Made by a program: the position numbers and the translations under genes
In this document: positions 1 to 10,365 of the stretch, in pieces
Layout of the letters: each line of letters starts with the position of its first letter
Position numbering within the stretch: the stretch's first letter is position 1
NCBI GenBank assembly: GCA_965140415.1
Contig: OZ223209.1
Coordinates: forward strand, 2,247,928 to 2,311,927
Reading direction: 5' to 3'
Origin: Myxococcota bacterium
GTDB lineage: Bacteria > Myxococcota_A > SURF-8
DNA length: 64,000 bases
Notes under the pieces: generated by a model
What the model was told of the DNA's origin: nothing
Database searches by the model: none
The model's input: the letters and a program-made list of their open reading frames with translations, nothing else

Positions 1-875
1 AGATGTTCTGCCGTCTCTTCATGAATCTTAGGTGAAGTGGGAACGATGCCCCAGGCCAACGCTCCGCCGCGCTTCAATAAGTCATGAACTTCGGAGGAAT
101 AGATTGCGATGCTTTCCCCAAAAGAATACGCATCGAAGTTGATGATGTCCGCTCCGGCTTCGATTAGCATCGACCATTCCGTGTTGCCGCATACATGAAT
201 ACCTACCAGTGCGCCTTCTTCGTGAATGGCGTTGATGGCTGTGCTTAAGCTTTCGACCACGCGCTCGCGCGTGAGTGTGATGTAAGTGGAAGATCCGAAT
301 GCTGAAAGGGAAGGCTCGTCTAAAAAGCAGATGACTTCCCTGCCATAAGGTTTGAATTGCTGAATTTGCCAGCGAGATTTCATTATTGCATTTTGCAGCG
401 ACAAATCAGCCAGATCATCCCGGTATTGAATGGCGGTATCATTTTCGTCCGTCACGGTAAGAGCGAAGGATATCGGACCGGTTGTATGGACTTTGACAAA
501 CGCGGAAGGCTCGGAACGTTCCGAATATGCTTCGATTGCCGTAGGTAGTCCAACCGAGGCTTCCTCGGAAATGGCGAAGTCTGAAAAATCATTCGTCTCA
601 GCGGTGGCAAACACCTTTTCATAAAAAGCAGCCATCTGTTCGGCCATGCTGTCCTGTTGGCTGTCCAGGCTGACTTTACCATCTGCGGGATGCATAACCA
701 GCCCCGGAAGCCCTTCCGCGTACTGGGGTAGAAATCCCTCTCGCCAGTGTCGATTCGGCAGCTGTGGCCAGATGGGGGCTTGGGGGACGGATTGCAGGAT
801 CAGTTCCATCGAGCGTTTCGCATCGGTATGGGGCAATGAACCGATTAACGTGGCTAAACCACGAGGTGCAAACAT
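1..875 (-). CDS. MetE-like protein (cobalamin-independent methionine synthase C-terminal domain / URO-D-like fold). The 3' end is cut by the window edge.
   Basis: Not in the ORF track because it has no stop in the window. I translated the minus strand by hand: ATG near 875, preceded by a TAA at about 909-911. The N-terminus reads MFAPRGLATLIGSLPHTDAKRSMELILQ, which resembles the MetE TTTIGSFPQT motif. A later IHVCGNTEW resembles the His/Cys zinc-ligand region of MetE/URO-D-like enzymes. Confidence 0.45.
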   Translation of the reverse strand, partial: MFAPRGLATLIGSLPHTDAKRSMELILQSVPQAPIWPQLPNRHWREGFLPQYAEGLPGLVMHPADGKVSLDSQQDSMAEQMAAFYEKVFATAETNDFSDFAISEEASVGLPTAIEAYSERSEPSAFVKVHTTGPISFALTVTDENDTAIQYRDDLADLSLQNAIMKSRWQIQQFKPYGREVICFLDEPSLSAFGSSTYITLTRERVVESLSTAINAIHEEGALVGIHVCGNTEWSMLIEAGADIINFDAYSFGESIAIYSSEVHDLLKRGGALAWGIVPTSPKIHEETAEH

Positions 876-1011
876 AGTTGAAATCCTTTCTACAACGAAA
901 AACAGGTGTCATGAGCAAACTGCAACAGGAAAGATCAAGGATGCTTTCCAATGTTGCTGTTTTTTAGGGATCGAAACTACCGACGAACGTTAGAGCCACG
1001 CATTGTCAGAG

Positions 1012-2481
1012 TCAATCCACGAGCGATTCGTAGACCTTTTTATACTGTTCGGCGGTAGTAAGCCAGGAAAAATCCTGTTCCATGGCGCGGGAAACGATCT
1101 TTTTGAAACGCTTTTTATCTTTGAACATGGATACGGCGCGCCAGACCGTTTTCAACATCAAGGTCGGGTCGTAGCCGGTGAAGGTAAATCCCCATCCGTC
1201 AGAGCCATCGTCCGTAGCATTACGCACCGTATCTGCCAGACCGCCAGTCGCATGAACAATCGGAACGGCGCCATAGCGCATGGCGAACATTTGATGTTGG
1301 CCGCAGGGCTCGTAGCGACTGGGCATTAAAAAGAAATCAGCGCCAGCCATGATGTTGTGTGCCATCTGGTTGGAGTATGTGAGGTTCAAGCCGAACTTGT
1401 GAGGGTAGCGCATCTTGATGCTTTCGAAAAGCTTGTGATAGCGCGCTTCTCCCGTTCCGAGCATGACAAGGCTTAAATCGAAGGTCATCAGTTTTTCAAA
1501 CGCCGAGGCCAGCAGATCGAAGCCTTTGTTGTCCGTCAAGCGGGTGATCATGCCGATACAAGGAATATCCAGATTGGAATGATCCAGGCCGTTTTTCGCG
1601 AGTAGTTCCTTTTTATTGGCGAGTTTGTGCTCTTGTTTTCGAATGGAAAACGTCTGTTTGATCATTTCGTCATTTTTCGGATCCCACTGACTGTAGTCCA
1701 CGCCATTTAAAATTCCGAAATAATCCTCGCCTCGTCGTGACAGTTCCTGGGAAAGTCCATAGCCGGAATCGTCGTTGCTGCGTGTTTCATCGGCATAAGC
1801 TTGGCTGACCGTGACAACTTTATCTGCCAGTACCACACCTGCTTTCAGGAAATTCAGCCGGTTGTTGCGACGATAGGGACCGTCCGGTTCGAATAACTTG
1901 TGTGATAACCCCAGCGTCCAGGCAAAACTTTCTTCGCTGTCGATTTGAAACGAAACGTTATGCAGGGTCAGTAACGTCTTGATGTGATTGAAGGCCTCTA
2001 CATGATCCTTTCGCGATTTCAGCATTGCAGGAATCAAAGCGGTATGGTGGTCGTTCAGGTGCAATAAATCCGGAGAGAATACACCGACTTGAATCAGATG
2101 CAGAATCGCTTCCTGAAAGAGGGCGAAACGCCGGTGATTGTCGATAAATCCTACTCCCTTGGCCGGATTGGTGTAGATGCCGTCGCGACCGAAAAAAGGA
2201 TCGCATTTAACCAGGTAAACGGGAACGTTGCTGTCCGGAAGTGAAGATTGAAAATACTCGACATTGAAGGATTCATTTTCCAGTTTGATGTCGATTCCAG
2301 GGTATCGCTCAAAAGGCGTGATCGGCTGCACGGACTGATTCACGCTACTGTAGAATGGCGTGATGATGGATACATCAAGACCCGCCTGATGTAGAGTAGA
2401 GGGGATGGCGTTTGAAAACTCCGCCATGCCTCCGACTTTTGAAAAGGGCTGAACTTCCGCTGTACAGAATAGAACCTTCAC
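1012..2481 (-). CDS. glgA: Glycogen (starch) synthase, ADP-glucose-type glycosyltransferase (GT5).
   Basis: 489 aa. The N-terminus MKVLFCTAEVQPFSKVGGMAEF carries the K-x-GG motif. Length and C-terminal GT-B features are typical of bacterial GlgA. Confidence 0.88.
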   Translation of the reverse strand: MKVLFCTAEVQPFSKVGGMAEFSNAIPSTLHQAGLDVSIITPFYSSVNQSVQPITPFERYPGIDIKLENESFNVEYFQSSLPDSNVPVYLVKCDPFFGRDGIYTNPAKGVGFIDNHRRFALFQEAILHLIQVGVFSPDLLHLNDHHTALIPAMLKSRKDHVEAFNHIKTLLTLHNVSFQIDSEESFAWTLGLSHKLFEPDGPYRRNNRLNFLKAGVVLADKVVTVSQAYADETRSNDDSGYGLSQELSRRGEDYFGILNGVDYSQWDPKNDEMIKQTFSIRKQEHKLANKKELLAKNGLDHSNLDIPCIGMITRLTDNKGFDLLASAFEKLMTFDLSLVMLGTGEARYHKLFESIKMRYPHKFGLNLTYSNQMAHNIMAGADFFLMPSRYEPCGQHQMFAMRYGAVPIVHATGGLADTVRNATDDGSDGWGFTFTGYDPTLMLKTVWRAVSMFKDKKRFKKIVSRAMEQDFSWLTTAEQYKKVYESLVD

Positions 2482-2492
2482 GATCCTCTCCT

Positions 2493-3548
2493 TTAACCGT
2501 GTTGGTCTTGAATTGAATCAAGCTTGATTTCCCGTAAAAACTGGGCTGCCGTTTCCGGGGGAGTTGGATTGATAAAGAACCCGGTGCCCCATTCGAAACC
2601 TGCCATATGTGTGGTCCTGGGGAAAATCTCGATGTGCCAGTGAAAATCGTGTTGCAGAGTTTCCCAGTGACTGCCACCCCGGTTGGGGTCGGATGAAATA
2701 TTGGGAGCGGTGTGCAGCAATAAATTGTACGGAGGGTTGTCCAATGCAACTCGATATAGCTTTAAAACACGAGAAAGTATTTCCGCCAGTGAACGTAATG
2801 TTTCTTTTGATGTACGGCTGTAATCGAAAGCGTGTTTCCTAGGTATAATGTTGATTTCAAATGGAAAACGCGAAGCGTAAGGACAGAATGCCACAAACTC
2901 ATTATTCAGTGCCACGATGCGGTCACCTTCGTCGATTTCTTGAGCGATGATATCGCAGAATAGACAGCGCTCCTTGACTTTGAAGTGCTCGCGTACACTT
3001 CGCAGTAAGGAAACAACTCGTATGGGAGTAATCGATGTGGCGATGATCTGACTATGCGGATGAGAGAGCGAAGCTCCCGCATGCTTACCGAAATTCTTGA
3101 AAACCAGAACATGTCGCAGGCGCTTATCGCGCAGGAGATCCTCGATGCGTTCCCGATAAGTATCCAGCACCAGCGTTAGATGATCCAACGACATGTCGGG
3201 AATATGCTGATTGTGCTCGGGCGAATCGATGATGACTTCGTGTGCTCCAATGCCGTTCATGCGATCGTATATGCCGTGCGCCGCTCGTTCCGGTTCACCT
3301 TCGATCTGAAGGGCAGGGTAGCGATTGGGAACGACGCGCACCTGCCAGTTTTCCTGTGTAGCAGGTTGACCGTACTGATCCAGTACGCGAATTGGATACG
3401 GCAGCTTTTCTTCATGGCCGCGGCAGAAGGGACAGTAGCGTGGAATCTCATTTGTTTCAACAGGTTCAAAGTCGTGCGGACGGCGTCCGCGCTCCGTTGC
3501 GATAATCACCCATTGACGATTTACCGGGTTATGCCTCAATTCGGGCAT
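2493..3548 (-). CDS. GalT/HIT-family hexose-1-phosphate nucleotidyltransferase (galactose-1-P uridylyltransferase-like; possibly an ADP-glucose phosphorylase).
   Basis: 351 aa. CPFCRGHE zinc/HIT-like motif near the N-terminus and an H-x-H-x-Q-type motif (LSHPHSQI). It sits 12 nt downstream of glgA on the same strand. Confidence 0.75.
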   Translation of the reverse strand: MPELRHNPVNRQWVIIATERGRRPHDFEPVETNEIPRYCPFCRGHEEKLPYPIRVLDQYGQPATQENWQVRVVPNRYPALQIEGEPERAAHGIYDRMNGIGAHEVIIDSPEHNQHIPDMSLDHLTLVLDTYRERIEDLLRDKRLRHVLVFKNFGKHAGASLSHPHSQIIATSITPIRVVSLLRSVREHFKVKERCLFCDIIAQEIDEGDRIVALNNEFVAFCPYASRFPFEINIIPRKHAFDYSRTSKETLRSLAEILSRVLKLYRVALDNPPYNLLLHTAPNISSDPNRGGSHWETLQHDFHWHIEIFPRTTHMAGFEWGTGFFINPTPPETAAQFLREIKLDSIQDQHG

Positions 3549-3879
3549 CCGCTACCTCTTTTCCCCTCGCGATTTCACAGGTAATTAGTCTGGGACCGAA
3601 AGTTCCACAGGTTCAATATCGTTACTGATTTTCTGCAATTGCGAGACACTCGATCCTCCATTTGGTCGGTGTCAGGCTTTCCATTAGCAGGCCCCAGAAG
3701 AACAAATCAGCAATCCTGCTTTCATTATGCCAACACTATCGAGGGTTGCAAGTGAAAACACCATTTAAGTCTATCGATTAACCGAGGTTTGGAGAGATCC
3801 AGACAATGGAGTAATTGGTTTTTCTTGCGTATCGTTATAGAAACGGAGGGAATTATTTGAAGTTAGCGATTGATTATCT

Positions 3880-5832
3880 TTACAAGATGTGTCTCAACTT
3901 GCCTTTTGTGGATATCGCAAGATGGGTGAGCCGAATCGGATTTGCGGGTTCATCAACATGGTATATCGATACCTGCTCAGCCTGGTACAGAAAAAGAAGG
4001 ATTCCCGGACTATTGAATAAGGGGAGCTCTTCGATTGGTTCTTTAAAACGTTCGAAGTGCCCCTTGCATTTATTCGGTAATACTTGTGTCATCGCTTTAA
4101 GGCGGTGATTGTAGTCGGGTAAGGAGGCTGTATGGCTTGCGAAGTGATAACGTCCTAACAAAAACAGATCGAATTGCCACTGTTCATGGACCCGATTCGA
4201 AAGGTGGTTCTGCTCGATAATACGTTCCAGGTGTCGAAAGCGTTCGACGACGGAAGTCGGGTTATCTCCATTGTTCAATTCGCCAAGCAAATCCCATAGA
4301 ACGTTATATCCTCCTAGCTCAAGAGCCATTCTGTGCAATGTTCGGGATAAGTATGCCGTATTGTAATAGCGGTCCAACAGGCGAGACAATCGGTCGGATT
4401 CTGAGAGTTCGTTAGCACTGTAATCGTCCGTTTTCAAGACTTCCCAGGGAGGAGTTGGGGCATAGATGATAGAGGGGGTGGCGGTTCTTCGGATTGCCGT
4501 ACCGGGAAGAAGCTTGAGTCGTTCCAGTTGGATATCGTCCGGTTGTAGCGAGCAAAGTGTTTCGACAGCGCTTTGGATATCTTTGTGTTTTTGAGCGGGA
4601 AGCCCGGAAATCAGATCGACATGCAGCGAAACGGAATCCAATTTGGTAAGTGTTTCTACGATTTGGCATACATGTTCGGGATCGCTAGTCCTCCCCACTT
4701 TTTGTAGGGTTTCTGGATCGAGACTTTGGATTCCCATCTCAACATGTAGCCGACCGCTCGGAAGTGAGGCTAGGTATTTCAGTTGATCTTCATCGATGAA
4801 GTCAGGGTGCATCTCGATATGCAGCACCTGGTTGTTGGATTCTTCAAAAAAAACATCGATCACCGCTACCATTCGGTCGGTTTGTTCATTTAAACTGCGG
4901 TCGAGCAGATTGATACGTTGCAGGTTCTGAAACCGATCCAGCACGGCCTTTAGATCGTTACGCCAGCGGTCGATGGAATAGAGTCGGGTCGAAGAGTGTG
5001 AACTTGTGCAGAACGTGCAATGATTCACACAACCCCGCGAGGTTTCCATGTGTAAAAATGGCGCGTCGTTCCGAAAAAGCCCCATCTGGTAGGGAGAGGG
5101 GAGTTCGTCCAGCTCTTTGATCGGCTTTGCCCGGATAATTTTCTCGGTTTCAACTTCTCTTTGTATTCGGTCCAGTAACGCAGGAAATTCGTATTCCGCT
5201 TCTCCGATCACAATCGTATCGAATGCAGACAATAAGGGATGATTCGTTTGTTCCATCGCAAGCCAGCATTCCGGCCCGCCTGCAATCAATTTTGCATTCG
5301 GTAACACAAGCTTTGCCCGCTGCGCCAATTGAGCCTGTGATTCGATGCTCCACAAATAACAGGAGAACGCCAGTACATCCGGTTGGTAATCCAAGATGTG
5401 GGATAAGGCGTTGGAGATGGGAGTGGATGTTAGAAACTCGAAGGTTCGCCATTCGAATTCGGGATGGCTTTTAGATACAGCCGCCTGTAGAAATGGCCCG
5501 GCAATGGTTTGATAGTGATATCGACAATGAAAGCTGATGAACGCGACTCGCATGGTTCTCCCTTTTCCTTCCCGGTAAAATATCCCGGTTTCGGCGGAAT
5601 GCATAGAAAATTCAGGTAACGAAATCTGGGCGAGGGCTGCCTGCATTGCTGATGTGACGAAAAAAAACGATCTGGTTAGGCCATCACTGTGAATACACAA
5701 TGGTCTAATTAAGCAAATGCATGAGGAACAAAACCCTTTTGGATAGAGGTGATAACAGAGCAGGTAATCATACAAAAATAGGAATAAATAAATATATGGC
5801 GTATAGAAATTCGCATAGGTCGAGAAGCTCAT
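3880..5832 (-). CDS. B12-binding-domain radical SAM protein with a DUF4080-like C-terminal region.
   Basis: CVNHCTFC (CxxxCxxC) radical-SAM motif, preceded by a B12-binding-like N-domain (MRVAFISF...). The first ~93 codons of the ORF look non-native (low complexity), so the true start is probably M94, near 5553. Confidence 0.75.
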   Translation of the reverse strand: MSFSTYANFYTPYIYLFLFLYDYLLCYHLYPKGFCSSCICLIRPLCIHSDGLTRSFFFVTSAMQAALAQISLPEFSMHSAETGIFYREGKGRTMRVAFISFHCRYHYQTIAGPFLQAAVSKSHPEFEWRTFEFLTSTPISNALSHILDYQPDVLAFSCYLWSIESQAQLAQRAKLVLPNAKLIAGGPECWLAMEQTNHPLLSAFDTIVIGEAEYEFPALLDRIQREVETEKIIRAKPIKELDELPSPYQMGLFRNDAPFLHMETSRGCVNHCTFCTSSHSSTRLYSIDRWRNDLKAVLDRFQNLQRINLLDRSLNEQTDRMVAVIDVFFEESNNQVLHIEMHPDFIDEDQLKYLASLPSGRLHVEMGIQSLDPETLQKVGRTSDPEHVCQIVETLTKLDSVSLHVDLISGLPAQKHKDIQSAVETLCSLQPDDIQLERLKLLPGTAIRRTATPSIIYAPTPPWEVLKTDDYSANELSESDRLSRLLDRYYNTAYLSRTLHRMALELGGYNVLWDLLGELNNGDNPTSVVERFRHLERIIEQNHLSNRVHEQWQFDLFLLGRYHFASHTASLPDYNHRLKAMTQVLPNKCKGHFERFKEPIEELPLFNSPGILLFLYQAEQVSIYHVDEPANPIRLTHLAISTKGKLRHIL

Positions 5833-6008
5833 GATGTAGCTAGTCAGTAGTTCCTTCTTTTGTGGTTTGCAAGCAAGTAATCAGGCTGTGAAATTGTGTT
5901 GTGACACGATATGGAGGCGTTTGTGCTTTGTTCTGAAAATGAAATAGCTTATGAAATCAGGGGTATGGATGCCTTGCGCCTGCAATTTCAAGAGAAAGGA
6001 AGGTCGTT

Positions 6009-7796
6009 GTGAGTGATACGAACTCATCCTTTCCCACTCTGATTGCCTTCGATCGGCCCAGTATTTCATTGCGGATTTCGGTCACTCCGTTTTCGTTGGC
6101 GCTGGCGTATCATATTGCGTTGGCGGGGATCGGGATGCTGGCGTTTTTATTGAGAATCCCCACGCTATTTCACAAGGGATATTGGTTGATCGATGAACCT
6201 TCCTGGCGGATCCTTGGGAACTTGCTCGCTCAAGGGCAGGTTTTATATAAGGATGTCGCCGTTCAGTTGCCGCCAACTATGTTGTTGATCTATTCAGCAA
6301 TAACGACACTATTCGGACCATGGGCGGATACCCCGGTGTATCTTTTCGGTGCAGCCTGGTCGGCGACATCGGCTTGCTTGATCGGATTGACATTTTTCGT
6401 TCTTAAAGAGCGCCGCATGGGGCTCGTTGCGGCTTTCCTGTTTGCGATTTCCTCTACTTTCTTTCGGGGAAGCGAGTTTCTTAGCGTCAATGGAGAATTG
6501 ATCTGCAACGGTTTCTATGCAGGTAGTTTGCTATTACTGGCGTTGATTCTGCGTTCAGAGCGACACGGTAACTCCATGTCTCGTCGACTCGCTTTGTTGT
6601 TACTATTAGGCGTGTGCGAAGCCTTGGCCGCTTCGGTTAAATCGCAGGCCGGGATTTTATTCCTATGCACGCTAATCTACTTTGTTTTGCGGCCTGTCTT
6701 GTTTTCGGAATACCGAAAGCACCTAAAGCAGCAATGGTTCGCTCCGCTGATTTCACTCTGTGTCGGATTCGGAGTGGTGGTCCTGGGGTTTGCGGTCTAT
6801 TTTCAATCGCAGCAAGCCCTTGAAGCGGCACTACATTTCATGCTGGGAAATCAATTCGTCCATGCCTCCGAGCATGGCCAGTACAGCATTCTTTACTTCG
6901 CGCTCAAACTGATCTACCGCTCTTTCTTGCTGATATTGGCATCGTTACCAGTCTGGTTACTGGCATTCCTAACGACGAAACGGGTTTTTTCCAAGCGCCA
7001 GGAACGTGGGAAATCAATTGAGCAGCTACTCATATTCTCGGCAATATTGGTTCTCTTAACCTGGGTTCCTACTTCGCTTGGCGCGCGTTTCTTTTCGCAT
7101 TATTACCTGTTGTTTTACGTGCCGCTATGTGTTCTGGCCGCCCCGGCTGCCAGTCGATATCTTAGAGTATCACAGAGCAACTCGAAGTCTCGTAAAGCAT
7201 TTGCGATTTTTTTGTGGAGTTTCCTGTTGGGATCTTCCTTGTTCTGGTTTTCTTCAAATATGGCTGGCGCGAGCAAGTTTAGCGAGTCCATTCCCGTAGA
7301 ATTGAAAAGCTACATCGAAGAAAACACGGAAGACGCAGCCCCGATTTTCATCTGGGGATATGCACCTCAATGGTATCTGGACGTCCAACGGTATCCATCT
7401 CCCGGTTTTTACAGCATCAAGCAATTGGTTGGCGCCAAGCATGGCACGAAAGGCATGTTTTTAGCTTCGGATGCGTCTGCCTGGGAACGCATCGCGGCGG
7501 ATATCAAAGGCGGACGAGACCGGCAGGTGCCTTCCGATTCGCGTTATATTTCCGAAACGGCCTGGAAAATCTTCGAAAAGAGCTGGAGCAAGCGTCCCCC
7601 GCAAGTGGTAGTGGATACCAGTCCAAGCGGATTTCGTGGACAGGTTTTCCCAATCGCGAGCTATCCCAGAATTCAACGCCTGCTGAGTCGTTACCAGGGA
7701 CCGGTTCGGATTGCGGATATGGATGTCTACTGGTTGCAGTTCGCCTCGACGCTTTCTGTGGCTGGGCGGAACGGGGACGCGGAAAGGGAACGTTAA
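6009..7796 (+). CDS. GT-C-fold integral-membrane glycosyltransferase (ArnT/PMT, GT39/83-like).
   Basis: 595 aa with many predicted TM helices and a soluble C-terminal domain. The architecture is typical of the ArnT/PMT family. No precise subfamily call is possible. Confidence 0.55.
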   Translation: MSDTNSSFPTLIAFDRPSISLRISVTPFSLALAYHIALAGIGMLAFLLRIPTLFHKGYWLIDEPSWRILGNLLAQGQVLYKDVAVQLPPTMLLIYSAITTLFGPWADTPVYLFGAAWSATSACLIGLTFFVLKERRMGLVAAFLFAISSTFFRGSEFLSVNGELICNGFYAGSLLLLALILRSERHGNSMSRRLALLLLLGVCEALAASVKSQAGILFLCTLIYFVLRPVLFSEYRKHLKQQWFAPLISLCVGFGVVVLGFAVYFQSQQALEAALHFMLGNQFVHASEHGQYSILYFALKLIYRSFLLILASLPVWLLAFLTTKRVFSKRQERGKSIEQLLIFSAILVLLTWVPTSLGARFFSHYYLLFYVPLCVLAAPAASRYLRVSQSNSKSRKAFAIFLWSFLLGSSLFWFSSNMAGASKFSESIPVELKSYIEENTEDAAPIFIWGYAPQWYLDVQRYPSPGFYSIKQLVGAKHGTKGMFLASDASAWERIAADIKGGRDRQVPSDSRYISETAWKIFEKSWSKRPPQVVVDTSPSGFRGQVFPIASYPRIQRLLSRYQGPVRIADMDVYWLQFASTLSVAGRNGDAERER

Positions 7797-9127
7797 AAGC
7801 TGAATGTGAGTGACAGGCCGGTCATCATTTGAAAACGAGGAAGTTCAAAGACCTTGCCGATCAAATTAGTGGGCGGTGCAGTCACTTCCGAATCGATCAA
7901 CTCTGTTTCGATATCGGGGTAGATCAATTGACTTGCGTTAAGCATGTATTCTTCAAAGCGATTGACTACGCAGGTGGGGCGAAGGAACAGGCCCAAAGAA
8001 AACAGATCGTTAAATCGGTAGCCGGCTTCCAACAGCAACGACACACCGGCGACAAAGTTCGAAGCTTTTCTGGATGTGTAATGGTTTTCATGCCAGGACC
8101 AGACCTGCATCATGAACAGACCGCCATATCCGCCTAGCGTCCAATTGCCAAGCTCTCTGCGGTATCCGGCGGAAATGTTGATAGGAAGCACCATGAATTC
8201 GTTTTTCGTTGGGACCGAAACGGTATTGATATCGTCGATATCGTTTCTGTTCTTGGTGTTACTGCTGTAGGGGTAGAAACCCAGATCACCTCTTAAGGCA
8301 ATATTTCGATAGACCATGAACGTCAAGCCAAGTTCGAGCCCGCCCGTATTGAAGCCGGAGGTAAACCCGGTCAAAAAGGAGGGGTTTACTTCCAAGTGCA
8401 GAAAACCCGGTTCCAGACTTGGTGGGTCATTCTCTTCTTGTATCGTGATTTCGATGGCGTGCGTCATCTGGTCTTGTTCGGCGGATTCCGATTGTTGTTC
8501 GGGGAGAGGCGCATTTTCATTCGGTTCCAGTGGGATAACCGGTTCTGGTGGAGTGTTTTCCTTTTCTTCCTCTGGAGAAGTAGTTTGGGATTCCGTGGCG
8601 TTGTCTGATGCAGGAGTGAGTGAGGACTCGTTCGTTCCAGACAATTCTTCTTCCTGATTCGGTTTCGGGATAGGTGGCGGAGGTTTTGTTTGCTGTGAAA
8701 CCTCTGCTTCAGAGGAAGAATTCTTGCCCGCGATAAACAGGATTTTCATTGCCAGCGCCTGGGCAATATCGAAATCGGAGTCTCCTCGGTTCACCGCCAA
8801 GTCGCAGTTTAAAACGAGTCCTTGTTTTCCTTTAAACAACTGAACAGAAATCGCATCTCTGGAACGGGTGATAATGATTTTCGTTTCTTCACAACTGTCT
8901 GTGTTTTCGTCCGGACGCCAGACAAATTCATATGCGCCATCATCACGGCGATCGAGCGTTCGTTTCAATACTCTTAAGAAACTGTCACCTTGTTTCTCGC
9001 TGGTGATTTCCGTTTTTATGGAGAGATGAATCGTTCGTTCCGCGGCCTGTGCCGTCGTGATCCAGATCGTGCAAACAAGCCAGACGACGAAACCATACCG
9101 TGATAAATGCAAGAGAAAGGCACGCAT
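7793..9127 (-). CDS. Secreted protein with an N-terminal ~130-aa domain, a Pro/Glu-rich linker and a C-terminal outer-membrane beta-barrel.
   Basis: Signal peptide (…WITTAQA/AE), a PPPPIPKP/PEPVIPLEP linker, C-terminal alternating aromatic/hydrophobic strands, and a terminal Phe (…LSLTFSF) typical of OM barrels. The start codon overlaps the stop of the anti-sigma gene at 9127. Confidence 0.55.
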   Translation of the reverse strand: MRAFLLHLSRYGFVVWLVCTIWITTAQAAERTIHLSIKTEITSEKQGDSFLRVLKRTLDRRDDGAYEFVWRPDENTDSCEETKIIITRSRDAISVQLFKGKQGLVLNCDLAVNRGDSDFDIAQALAMKILFIAGKNSSSEAEVSQQTKPPPPIPKPNQEEELSGTNESSLTPASDNATESQTTSPEEEKENTPPEPVIPLEPNENAPLPEQQSESAEQDQMTHAIEITIQEENDPPSLEPGFLHLEVNPSFLTGFTSGFNTGGLELGLTFMVYRNIALRGDLGFYPYSSNTKNRNDIDDINTVSVPTKNEFMVLPINISAGYRRELGNWTLGGYGGLFMMQVWSWHENHYTSRKASNFVAGVSLLLEAGYRFNDLFSLGLFLRPTCVVNRFEEYMLNASQLIYPDIETELIDSEVTAPPTNLIGKVFELPRFQMMTGLSLTFSF

Positions 9128-10365
9128 TATTCACCGGTTGCCATGCACTGTTGTTTAAGCTGTCTGCCTTGCTTGGTTTTTCCGTAGCGCTTCTGATACT
9201 GGCGATAGAAAGTACCGGGCATGCGATGGCATTCATCCTCCGCCAGCCAGCGCAGCGCGTCTTGCGAGAAATTTCCTTGCGGAAAACGGTTCAGGTACTG
9301 CTTCCAGGTTTTCCGAACCTCCGAGTTGTTTTCCAAACGCATTTGCAACGAAGCCATGGCCGCATAGGCATTTTCAGCGCGCAATGAGACGGAACTTCGG
9401 GTCATGTCCAGATACATGCGAACGGCTTCCGCATCGTTGCCGTTTCGCTCCAGAGCTTCCGCCAAAAGGAATTCAACCTCCGAAGCTTCTTCGTTTTCCG
9501 ATGTTTTTAAAAAGCGCTTGAAGTAACTTGTTGCTTCAGAAAACGCTTTGGCGTTCAGTGCATTCTCGCCAGCTTGCCGCAATTCCCTCAAATAAGCGTC
9601 CAGGCTTGGGATCTCCGCAGAACTTCCAGCCGTTAAGATAATCTGTTCCCGGTTCTTACCAACCGGATTCACCCATACGGTTCCTTCAAATACTTCGACC
9701 CGTGTCATGTCATCGGATTTCTTGTCGACTTCAAAGCGGGTTCCTTTGACCTGGACGATGGCGTCTTCGGTGTGTACCTCGAATCGCCGATGTTCCTTCA
9801 GTTTCTGCACGCTGACATTCACTTGGCCGCGTTCTAAAAACACAATGCCGCTTTTTCGATCGGCTTCACGCACCGTGGCTCTGGCTTCCGGTCCGAAAGA
9901 GGCAACGGCTCCAACCGGAAAGGTGCGAGGGATGGTTTCATTCTGAGCGGTTGCCACGGCTTCGCCTGGTCGCGCCGAAGGATCAACCGCCATTGGTCCA
10001 AGGAAGTGAATCAGCAGCCAGATACCGGGAATCAGGAAAAGAATGCTGGCCGCCACGGCAAATGTACTGGGACGGCTCAGGATGGTTCTCCAGGCATTGC
10101 GTACTTGGAGTTCCTGCTGGCTCTGTTGGACGTATTGGTGCAGGGTGCTCCAGATCTCTTCGGATGTATCCGCTTCCATTTCAATGGTTCTTGTCGCTTG
10201 CAGACCTTTTTCGAATTCGCGAAGCTGTTTTAGTTTTCGACTGCATTGCGGGCAATATTTCAGGTGCTCTGCTATCGCATCTTTTTCCTGGCTTTCCAGG
10301 CGTCCTGCTGCAAAATCCACAAGCAGATCCGGGCGACATTCCGTTTTGTAATCGTTCCCGCTCAT
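9127..10365 (-). CDS. Anti-sigma factor: N-terminal zinc-finger anti-sigma domain, a TM helix, a FecR-like periplasmic domain and C-terminal TPR repeats.
   Basis: HLKYCPQCSRKL zinc-finger motif, a single TM (FAVAASILFLIPGIWLLIHF), then a FecR-like region and a TPR-like C-terminus. The start overlaps the stop of the ECF sigma gene (10362-10365). Confidence 0.7.
   Translation of the reverse strand: MSGNDYKTECRPDLLVDFAAGRLESQEKDAIAEHLKYCPQCSRKLKQLREFEKGLQATRTIEMEADTSEEIWSTLHQYVQQSQQELQVRNAWRTILSRPSTFAVAASILFLIPGIWLLIHFLGPMAVDPSARPGEAVATAQNETIPRTFPVGAVASFGPEARATVREADRKSGIVFLERGQVNVSVQKLKEHRRFEVHTEDAIVQVKGTRFEVDKKSDDMTRVEVFEGTVWVNPVGKNREQIILTAGSSAEIPSLDAYLRELRQAGENALNAKAFSEATSYFKRFLKTSENEEASEVEFLLAEALERNGNDAEAVRMYLDMTRSSVSLRAENAYAAMASLQMRLENNSEVRKTWKQYLNRFPQGNFSQDALRWLAEDECHRMPGTFYRQYQKRYGKTKQGRQLKQQCMATGE

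Noticed and set aside
357-993. Several short ORFs in the track (357-548 +, 430-624 +, 452-682 −, 646-993 +, 676-951 −).
   Set aside because: They overlap a continuous minus-strand frame (1-875) encoding a MetE-like protein that the track missed because it has no in-window stop. The short ORFs are off-frame.
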